Source of the DNA: a virus
Taxonomy: Duplodnaviria; Caudoviricetes
Virus record (IMG/VR): IMGVR_UViG_3300029288_000072
Coordinates: 96,001 to 160,000 of that record
Strand: one strand, 5' to 3'
DNA: 64,000 bases
Numbering within the stretch: the first letter of the stretch is position 1; every line of letters starts with the position of its first letter. Below, piece after piece: positions 56,824-64,000 of the stretch. Under the pieces are notes generated by a model. It worked only from the letters and a program-made list of their open reading frames with translations. It was not told the origin of the DNA and did not search any database. The position numbers were made by a program, and so were the translations under genes.

Positions 56824-57507
56824 ATGAAATTCACATTCGGAATTATAACGGCTGGCAACGATAATTTTATACATAATATAATTAATTCAATAGAATCCCA
56901 AATTCCTCCAGATTGTTATGAAATAATAATAATTGGGAACTCATCTATTAATAAAAACAATACAAAAATTATTCCATTTGATGAAAATATTAAACCCATG
57001 TGGATAACAAAGAAAAAAAATATAATAACAGAAAATGCAAAATTTGAAAATATAGTATATATGCATGATTATATTTCATTAGAATCTAATTGGTATAACG
57101 GATTTTTACAATTTGGTGATGATTTTAATGCATGTATGACTAAAATAATTAATACTGATGGAAGTAGATTTAGAGATTGGACATTGTTTCCGTTATTTTC
57201 TAATGTTCAGGCATTAAATATACCAAAACAAAGAAATTTATTGCCGTATAATATAACTCATATGTCCAAATATCAATATTTTTCCGGTGCTTATTGGGTA
57301 GCAAAAAAATCAATAATGCAAGAATTTCCATTAAATGAAGCATTGTCATGGGGGCAAAGCGAAGATATTGATTGGTCACAAAGATATACATCAAAATATG
57401 TTTTTTCTATAAATCCACTATCAACTGTAAAATTATTGAAATTTAAACCTAGAATTTTTGACGAATTAACGTCACAAGATTTACAAAAAATAAATGGAAT
57501 AAAATGA
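56824..57507 (+). CDS. GT2-like glycosyltransferase (start refined to 56824)
   Basis: FTFGIIT, YEIIIIG, KKNI..AKFENIVYMHDY and WGQSEDIDWS. AAGGA SD. Confidence 0.78.
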   Translation: MKFTFGIITAGNDNFIHNIINSIESQIPPDCYEIIIIGNSSINKNNTKIIPFDENIKPMWITKKKNIITENAKFENIVYMHDYISLESNWYNGFLQFGDDFNACMTKIINTDGSRFRDWTLFPLFSNVQALNIPKQRNLLPYNITHMSKYQYFSGAYWVAKKSIMQEFPLNEALSWGQSEDIDWSQRYTSKYVFSINPLSTVKLLKFKPRIFDELTSQDLQKINGIK

Positions 57508-58301
57508 TTAATATTATTATTTTCAGTAAAGATAGAGCATGTCAATTGCATTATCTTTTAGAAACATTAAAATTAAATTTTAAAGAGTACTATTTTGAAA
57601 AAATAAAAGTTATATATAAATATAAAAATCAAATACATCAAACTGCATATGATATATTAAAAACAACATTTCCTGAAATAGAATATTTTTGCCAAAATAC
57701 AAATAAATTATCGTTTAAAGATTTAATATTACAAAATATAAATGAAAATAACAAATTAACTGTATTTTTTGTAGATGATATGTTTATAAAAAATAGATTT
57801 TCTTTAGATGATGCCGAAATACAAATGATGAATAATAATGAGAATGCGTGCGTTTCTTTAAGGATGAATGATGGGATGAATTATTGTCAGCCAGCAAAAC
57901 TTAAATATACAACAATTCCTACCATTATAGATAATAGATGGAAATGGAGAGGACAACAAGGAGATTGGGGTTATCCTATGTCTCTTGATGGACATATCTT
58001 TAGAACTAATGAAATAAAACATAAAATATCTATTATAAACTTTGAAAATCCAACATATTTAGAATCTCATCTTAGTGGATTATTGCCAGAGCAAGAATAT
58101 ATGATTTGTTATAAAAGATCAATTGTAATAAATAATCCAATGAATAGAGTACATAATTTTAATTTAAATCCGTGTTCAAATATTTCAGAAGATTATTTGT
58201 GTAAAGAATATTTAGATGGAAAAAAATTGAAGAGTACAATACCACCAGAAGAAATTATAAATAATTCCCCACACTATCAGTTAGAAACAATTTTATATTG
58301 A
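57504..58301 (+). CDS. Putative GT-A glycosyltransferase
   Basis: IIIFSKDRACQL, FFVDD and WGYPMSLDGHIF. Confidence 0.65.
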   Translation: MINIIIFSKDRACQLHYLLETLKLNFKEYYFEKIKVIYKYKNQIHQTAYDILKTTFPEIEYFCQNTNKLSFKDLILQNINENNKLTVFFVDDMFIKNRFSLDDAEIQMMNNNENACVSLRMNDGMNYCQPAKLKYTTIPTIIDNRWKWRGQQGDWGYPMSLDGHIFRTNEIKHKISIINFENPTYLESHLSGLLPEQEYMICYKRSIVINNPMNRVHNFNLNPCSNISEDYLCKEYLDGKKLKSTIPPEEIINNSPHYQLETILY

Positions 58302-59113
58302 TCCAAATTTATTTTGGATAATATTACATCTAATATATTATTTTCCGGTGTTAAGTATTTTTTAGATAATTCAAAATTTTCTTTAATATATTCCAATTTT
58401 GAATTATAATCATTTTCAGATATTATATTTAATATATTATTTAATTCTTCAATTGAACTGAATGTATAAAACCCATTATTATTAAAATATTTATGTATGG
58501 AATCACACCCCCAATAAATTGGTATTGTTGCCGTGGCAAAACAATCAATTATTTTTTCTGTAAAATATGTATCTTTTTTGCAATTTTCTATTGATATAGA
58601 ATATCTAAAATCTTTTAATGCCTCAATTTTTTCATTAATCGGTAAATATCCTCTTCCACATATAAAATCTATTTTATTTCTATATTTTGATACTATTTTA
58701 TGCCGCAAATCATGTCCTTCTAAATGTTTTTTGTTGCTCGCAATAATAGATATATTTTTATGTTTATTAAATATTTTTATATTTTCTTTGCTCATCCAAC
58801 AACCACCAAGAAAATATTGTAAATATTTTTCTCCTCTTGATAATAAGTCAGTATCAAATGTTAAAATATAATTAAAATTATTTTCATATTGTTGTATTTC
58901 ATCATATAAATTTTTTGTAACATATGGAGATTCTATTAGTAATGCAATTTTTGTTTTACCAATTGCTGGATTTGAAAAATTTGATGTATAAAATACAACT
59001 TCGTCCATCATAGATACATTTCTATCCCATATAATATTTTGATCCAATTGATGCATATTACCTAAACAATGTATATGAGAAAAAAATGAATCAACAATTT
59101 TTAATTTATACAT
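58277..59113 (-). CDS. GT10 (alpha-1,3-fucosyltransferase-like) glycosyltransferase
   Basis: YSISIENCKKDTYFTEKIIDCFATATIPIYWG matches the GT10 motif. Confidence 0.85.
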   Translation of the reverse strand: MYKLKIVDSFFSHIHCLGNMHQLDQNIIWDRNVSMMDEVVFYTSNFSNPAIGKTKIALLIESPYVTKNLYDEIQQYENNFNYILTFDTDLLSRGEKYLQYFLGGCWMSKENIKIFNKHKNISIIASNKKHLEGHDLRHKIVSKYRNKIDFICGRGYLPINEKIEALKDFRYSISIENCKKDTYFTEKIIDCFATATIPIYWGCDSIHKYFNNNGFYTFSSIEELNNILNIISENDYNSKLEYIKENFELSKKYLTPENNILDVILSKINLDQYKIVSN

Positions 59114-59886
59114 TATTTACACCAATTCCAATTTTTTATAGTATTTTTCAGTTGATCTTTAGACATTCTAGATATTTCATTAAATAATCTTTGGTTATTA
59201 GTGGTTATATCTTTCATGGAGTAATTAATAGAACTTCTATCATGATTTAGATGAAATAAAGATCCATTAACTCTTCCGATTCTAAGTCCCAAAATCCTGC
59301 TTCTTGTAACACGTTCATCATCCTCAAATCCCCAGCCAACAAAATTTTCATTTTCCATTCCAGATTCTATATATTTTTCTTTGTTCCACATAACACATCC
59401 ACCAATTGCATGATCATTCCACCATTCAAGTTTATCTTTTGTGTATAAAGAAAAATCATATCCAGAATCTATTACTGTCTGTGTATTATGTAATCTAACA
59501 TTATAAAAATGTCCATCATATGGATAACACATGTCAAATTGATTGTTTTTTATTAAATTATAACATTCTATTATCTGAGTATTTGGAATAAACGCATCTG
59601 TATCACAATTTAAAATAATTGATGTTTCTGTATTTTTACATAATGTATTAAATGTTTTAGTTTTTAATATATATTCATTGGGATTTTCTAAAAATATATA
59701 CTTTGTTTTGAACTTTTCGCATATATCCAATAATTTAGTTGATTTTTCTTTATTACATTCACAAATAGTAATATTGCAAATAAAACATTGTTTAAAATAA
59801 TTTAAAAGTATAACCAGATTATCAAATCTATCTTGACTATCAATTTTAACAGGTATGTTTATTGATAATTCACTCAAATCAATCAT
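59113..59886 (-). CDS. GT2/GT7-C-terminal galactosyltransferase-like enzyme
   Basis: NCDTD, IGGC, GMENENFVGWGFEDDE and LFHLNH. Confidence 0.82.
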   Translation of the reverse strand: MIDLSELSINIPVKIDSQDRFDNLVILLNYFKQCFICNITICECNKEKSTKLLDICEKFKTKYIFLENPNEYILKTKTFNTLCKNTETSIILNCDTDAFIPNTQIIECYNLIKNNQFDMCYPYDGHFYNVRLHNTQTVIDSGYDFSLYTKDKLEWWNDHAIGGCVMWNKEKYIESGMENENFVGWGFEDDERVTRSRILGLRIGRVNGSLFHLNHDRSSINYSMKDITTNNQRLFNEISRMSKDQLKNTIKNWNWCK

Positions 59887-60692
59887 TTATGCGTATCCCA
59901 AAATATTTTTGCTTCTTGCATTTGCTCTTCGGTTAGTGTTCTAAATGGGTTTGAATCTCTTTGACATATTCTAACTTTCCATTGAGCATACACAGGATCA
60001 TCTTCATGTGGGTGAATAACTGAACAAGTTTCAAAAATTTGTATTGATCTTTTTAAATTATATACATCCATTAAAAAATATGCATCGTCTCCTGCGTATA
60101 CTCCCATAACTTTATATCCACCAATTAATTTCCATAGTTTATTTTCGAAGAAAATGCATCCTCCAGCTATACCCCCCCCACCATCAGGAAAGCAATGTGC
60201 CTCATATCTTCCAAATTTATTATCATATTCTACTCGTTGATTATAACAGAAAGATAAATGGCAGTTGTTTCCTGATTGATTTAAAGATAACATCCCAAAG
60301 GGTATACCTCGTATAACAGGAGATATTTCAGCAGCATTAATAAGACGCTCAAACATCTTATATTCTTCTTTTAAGAATAAAATGTCGCTATCAGCAGTTA
60401 ATACATATTTTGTATCTACATCTTTCATTAATGTATTAACAACTTTTCCTTTACCATAATTCTTGTCAAATTTTTTCAAAATAAACTTCCTTCCTGCAAA
60501 CTCTCTAGTAACAACTTCTGATATTAATGGCCAATATTCGTCCTTTGCCCACCCACCAAAATAAAATTCTATATCATCAAATGGATGACATTGTAAATGA
60601 ACCGACATACTATGTAATGAATCTAAATTTCTATCTAACCGTATCTTATCTGGTGCAAATATAGGCTGCACATATGCCATTATTTTACTCAT
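59883..60692 (-). CDS. GT2-like glycosyltransferase
   Basis: NYGKG..N, TADSD, IAGGC..WKLIGGY and YAGDD. Confidence 0.75.
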   Translation of the reverse strand: MSKIMAYVQPIFAPDKIRLDRNLDSLHSMSVHLQCHPFDDIEFYFGGWAKDEYWPLISEVVTREFAGRKFILKKFDKNYGKGKVVNTLMKDVDTKYVLTADSDILFLKEEYKMFERLINAAEISPVIRGIPFGMLSLNQSGNNCHLSFCYNQRVEYDNKFGRYEAHCFPDGGGGIAGGCIFFENKLWKLIGGYKVMGVYAGDDAYFLMDVYNLKRSIQIFETCSVIHPHEDDPVYAQWKVRICQRDSNPFRTLTEEQMQEAKIFWDTHK

Positions 60693-62008
60693 ATTTTAAT
60701 TTCCTTTAATTCTTTACTATATTCAGCTTTACGCAAATTCTCATTATTACATAATTCTACCAAATATTGTATTTTTTTCTTCAATTCTTTTAATTCTTCT
60801 TTTAATTTATCTACCTCTTCCTTTCCGAATCTATAAATAGGAACATTAATTATTCTTTGAATATTATATTCCTTTATTTCATTATCAACTAATAGTTGTT
60901 CTATTTGTTTCTTATTTAGATCTGGAAACTTTTTAAATATACCCTTTTCTATTACTTTTAATAAATCTCTCTTGAACTCAAACTCTGTTTTGTTTTCTCT
61001 TCCTAATTTCTTATATCTTTTTAAATAGAATGAAAATCTAAAATCAGTAAATTCTTTAATAATATCGGTAACTGTCATTTTTCTAACTTTACCATTAAAA
61101 TCAATGACAGTTATGTTTTCATGCAAAGTATCCCGCAATTTAAACTTTTCATATATTTCTTCGTCTTGCAGTTGAACTTTTAAAGTTATTGTAAAATCAA
61201 ATGTAGATTTACAATCATCTGCATAATTTGAAATTATTTCTTTTTCTTCTAATGAGTCTAAATGTCTAACATAATCTTCTCTATTCCATCCTATAGGCAA
61301 TTCCGTTATTCTTATTTTTCTTTCATTTAATCTATTAAATACGCCTTGGGTTTGCCAAGCAAACGTATCTATCTTTTTTATTTCACCAGTAAATCCCGCA
61401 AAATATACTTTTGGTTCTCTAAATTCCTTTCCTTCTATATAATTTTGCTGACATCTTATAATATCTTCTACTTTTCTTGGTAGAATATTACATGCAAATC
61501 CTACCGCTATCCCTTGTGTAGGATTTAATAATATAGTAGGAATTATAGGAAGGAATGCACTAGGTTCTTTTTCTGTATCATCATAGTTTGGGATCATTTT
61601 AATTAGATCTGAGTCAACATCCATAACGGTTTTAAAACTATTAGATAATTTTACACTAATATATCTTGCTGCACCAATACCTTTTCCTGGACCAGCAATT
61701 CTGGACCCGAATGCCCCTTTACCTTCAAACCAGTTTATATTATTTGATCCTGGAAAGTTTTGTGACATATTTGAAATAGCATCTTCTATTGAAGTATTTC
61801 CATGAGGATGTATTCCCATAGTAGAACCGGCTAATTTGGATACTTTTATATAATCATTTTTTGCAAGATGTCTGGCAATCCATAATGATCTACGATGTAC
61901 TGGTTTTAATCCATCAATTACACTCGGTATTGCCCGTGATTCTAGTACATATCGTGAATAATCATGATATTGCGTATTAATTAATTCTGAAATATTTAAT
62001 TCTCTCAT
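60689..62008 (-). CDS. gp52: DNA topoisomerase II medium subunit (T4 gp52, GyrA/ParC-like); start refined to 62008
   Basis: RAIPSVIDGLKPVHRR, HPHG, GAFGSR, catalytic AARY and GIAVGFACNI. Confidence 0.93.
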   Translation of the reverse strand: MRELNISELINTQYHDYSRYVLESRAIPSVIDGLKPVHRRSLWIARHLAKNDYIKVSKLAGSTMGIHPHGNTSIEDAISNMSQNFPGSNNINWFEGKGAFGSRIAGPGKGIGAARYISVKLSNSFKTVMDVDSDLIKMIPNYDDTEKEPSAFLPIIPTILLNPTQGIAVGFACNILPRKVEDIIRCQQNYIEGKEFREPKVYFAGFTGEIKKIDTFAWQTQGVFNRLNERKIRITELPIGWNREDYVRHLDSLEEKEIISNYADDCKSTFDFTITLKVQLQDEEIYEKFKLRDTLHENITVIDFNGKVRKMTVTDIIKEFTDFRFSFYLKRYKKLGRENKTEFEFKRDLLKVIEKGIFKKFPDLNKKQIEQLLVDNEIKEYNIQRIINVPIYRFGKEEVDKLKEELKELKKKIQYLVELCNNENLRKAEYSKELKEIKI

Positions 62009-62562
62009 AATGATTGTTTTAATCCTTCCTGATAACAAAAGTTGGTCCATTTATGTGCAAGTTCATCTTTAATTATAATATCAACTTTATAATAATATAC
62101 CGCGTATGTAGTATTCCATGTGCAAGCAGGAATTGTATTTGTAGACGATATAATCGGATTATCAGATATAATTGTTCTAAAATCAAATGGATTTGCTAGT
62201 TTTCCCGTTTTAATGCAAAAATTTACCCATGCTTTTGATATAGCATCTTTTGTATCAAATATAGTATATGTATAATTTGAAAGTGAAGTTACATACGATG
62301 GAGGATTTGAGGCCGAATCTATTTCAATTGTAGTATAGTTATTAATATTAACTGGATTGGAAAAATACGTATATGAGGCTTTATAACTTTTTTCATTAAT
62401 ACAAAATTCTACCCATTTTCGGGAAATTTCATCTTTTTTTTCTATTTGTACCCATTCAAATGAATTAAAAACTGTATTTCCTTTTTTACCATTAATAATA
62501 AAATTGTTTTTATTAGGATTATTAAAATAATACATTCCGCCAGTAGTTTTATAGCTCATCAT
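62005..62562 (-). CDS. Hypothetical protein with three KDxxxxxWxxFC repeats
   Basis: KDEISRKWVEFC, KDAISKAWVNFC and KDELAHKWTNFC. Confidence 0.7.
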   Translation of the reverse strand: MMSYKTTGGMYYFNNPNKNNFIINGKKGNTVFNSFEWVQIEKKDEISRKWVEFCINEKSYKASYTYFSNPVNINNYTTIEIDSASNPPSYVTSLSNYTYTIFDTKDAISKAWVNFCIKTGKLANPFDFRTIISDNPIISSTNTIPACTWNTTYAVYYYKVDIIIKDELAHKWTNFCYQEGLKQSL

Positions 62563-63628
62563 CCCCCCATTTACCGATTAATTCAACTTTTAATTTCATT
62601 TTACCAACAGATCCTTTATATAGATTATTATTTATTATATCCATATCGACAGATTTAACATTTAATTTTATAGCTATATCATTTATATCTTTACAATCTC
62701 TAAATTCTTTTGGTGGAATAAAACAAGTTTCTCCCATATTTAATAAGCATAATGATCTTAAATATCCAGTTTTATCTATCCATGGATTATCAAGAATCCA
62801 TACCCGGTTTTTAAACGTTTCTTTAATTAAATCTGCTGTTTGTCCTGTAACGTTTGCATTACATAAAGCAATAGAATTATTTAAAAACATTGAATCTATT
62901 AATCCTTCGCAAATATATACTGTTTCTTCTTTATTTGCGCCATAAAAGTTATATAGTCTATTATCTGGAAATTTTATATCTTTAAACGATGCAGTTAAAT
63001 ATTTTTGTACATATTCTGCATCTTTTGTTTTTGGATTTATATCTCTTCCTTGAAAGTAATATAACATATTATTTTGATCTTTAAATGGTATTATTACTCT
63101 CCATCTATATTTTCCTTTATAACAAAAATAAAAATCTTTCCAGAATTTTTCTTTTATATTTCTTTTTACCATTTGTTTAATCGCATATAATCTAAGTTTT
63201 TCATATAACTCTATATTTGATTTTTCATCTAATTTAATACAATTATCTTCTAAAAACTCCTTTAAAAAATCATTTATTTCTGTCGTTACTTCTCTTTTCT
63301 TTACAATTGTTTTTGCGTGTGTTTTAAAAACTTCTCCACTCTTTATTTGGTCAAAACATCTTAATCTTATTGATTCATACTCTTCTGGATAAAATTCTTT
63401 TAAAAACGATTCTAAATTATTTCTTAAATCGCAGTTATAACAAGTAACAGCATACCAATCATTATCTTCATGAACCCAAAATCTTTTTTTAGATTTATTC
63501 TTTTTAGAATCTCCGCATATAGGACATCGTCCGTTCATTACTAAACGTCCGTCTCCTCTATTCTGTACGGTTGCTCTATCAGAAATTCTCTTTATAAGAG
63601 ATTCTACTTCGGATCGTGGATATTTCAC
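62549..63628 (-). CDS. gp61: DNA primase (T4 gp61-like)
   Basis: Zn ribbon RCPICGDSKKNKSKKRFW..CYNC. Also VIIPF, FQGR, the TOPRIM motif ICEGLIDSMF, LDN and KDIND. Confidence 0.92.
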   Translation of the reverse strand: MKYPRSEVESLIKRISDRATVQNRGDGRLVMNGRCPICGDSKKNKSKKRFWVHEDNDWYAVTCYNCDLRNNLESFLKEFYPEEYESIRLRCFDQIKSGEVFKTHAKTIVKKREVTTEINDFLKEFLEDNCIKLDEKSNIELYEKLRLYAIKQMVKRNIKEKFWKDFYFCYKGKYRWRVIIPFKDQNNMLYYFQGRDINPKTKDAEYVQKYLTASFKDIKFPDNRLYNFYGANKEETVYICEGLIDSMFLNNSIALCNANVTGQTADLIKETFKNRVWILDNPWIDKTGYLRSLCLLNMGETCFIPPKEFRDCKDINDIAIKLNVKSVDMDIINNNLYKGSVGKMKLKVELIGKWGDDEL

Positions 63629-63634
63629 AACAAT

Positions 63635-63662
63635 ATTATATCACAAAAGTTTATGCATTCAA
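63635..63662 (-). promoter_or_regulatory. sigma70-like promoter TTGAAT-16-(TGA)TATAAT, 6 nt from the primase GTG
   Basis: Read directly from the sequence; no SD between the -10 and the start. Confidence 0.6.
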
Positions 63663-64000
63663 GACAATTTTCTTAGAAAATTTAAACTTATGAATTATTT
63701 TATAATTTTTCTTTTCTTCATATGGAAGGACAGGAATTTTCTTTAATAATATTTCAGAAATATCTGCTTTATCTATTGTATCAATGAGATTCCATGACTT
63801 TAATAAATATACTATTGTATTTCTACGAAGTTTATCGTCTTCGTTATATGTAGATTCTCTTCCAGATAAAGGAAATAGTTCTTTAAAATGGACTATTTTA
63901 AATATACCTTCTTGATCTGTTCCAACTATATAACATGATGGAATAAACAATTTTTTCTTTTTGTTTATAACACCTACACGTTCTAATGTTTCTCTAATAA
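63651..64000 (-). CDS. regA: Translational repressor RegA (5' end beyond the window)
   Basis: IRETLERVGV..KKLFIPSCYI..IVHFKELF..G..EDDKLRRNTIVYLLKSWNLI follows the T4 RegA pattern. The frame is open to 64000. Confidence 0.9.
   Translation of the reverse strand, partial: IRETLERVGVINKKKKLFIPSCYIVGTDQEGIFKIVHFKELFPLSGRESTYNEDDKLRRNTIVYLLKSWNLIDTIDKADISEILLKKIPVLPYEEKKNYKIIHKFKFSKKIVLNA

Noticed and set aside
234-58871. Many short ORFs in the track lying antisense to, or out of frame within, long genes (e.g. 11484-11816, 20409-20903, 33362-33704, 44722-45081, 58533-58871)
   Set aside because: They are shadows of well-supported genes, with no SD, no motifs and biased composition.
38764-60692. 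Giant eukaryotic virus (NCLDV) origin for the window
   Set aside because: Eukaryote-like TS, BCS1 and glycan genes are outweighed by the contractile baseplate, lysozyme, SD sequences, coupled operons and sigma70 promoters.
43407-60692. Ordinary bacterial capsule/LPS locus flanking a prophage
   Set aside because: No wzx/wzy/kps export genes, phage genes on both sides, translational coupling to gp52, and no integrase or att site seen.
1-64000. Stop-codon reassignment (alternative genetic code)
   Set aside because: Genes are full length and tile densely under the standard code.
1-64000. tRNA genes, rRNA, CRISPR array, diversity-generating retroelement
   Set aside because: Intergenic gaps are short and mostly explained by promoters and terminators. 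I saw no cloverleaf, repeat-spacer array or reverse transcriptase by eye; tRNAscan would be needed to exclude tRNAs formally.

Overview
A very AT-rich, densely coding 64-kb segment of a large T4-superfamily-like myovirus (bacteriophage); it is not a bacterial chromosome. It is read mostly on the minus strand. 1-16.9 kb: contractile-tail baseplate module (two giant multidomain baseplate/adhesion proteins, gp6-, gp25- and gp5-like). 16.9-43.3 kb: accessory region with a MoxR-type AAA+/vWA-metallopeptidase pair, a putative ADP-ribosyltransferase-fold protein, a Planctomycete-type prenyltransferase/squalene-oxidase-repeat membrane protein, SLOG, dCMP deaminase, GuaC, an Acb1-like (anti-CBASS) 2H phosphoesterase, probable head-internal/scaffold proteins, HNH, DHFR, an HD-like protein, a eukaryote-style ThyA, a BCS1-like ATPase, a lysozyme and a 3D-domain protein. 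43.4-60.7 kb: a 23-gene sugar activation/glycosylation/methylation island (20 genes on +, 3 convergent on -). 60.7-64 kb: topoisomerase gp52, primase gp61 and RegA. The non-coding DNA shows T4-type late promoters (TATAAATA), sigma70-like promoters with a recurrent 16-bp spacer that often feed apparently leaderless genes, three Shine-Dalgarno-occluding hairpins and several terminators. The best candidate for an undescribed system is the glycan island, especially its kinase/nucleotidyltransferase + HAD + cupin + GatZ-like module, which may make an activated rare ketose. All protein assignments come from motif recognition by eye; no database searches were run.
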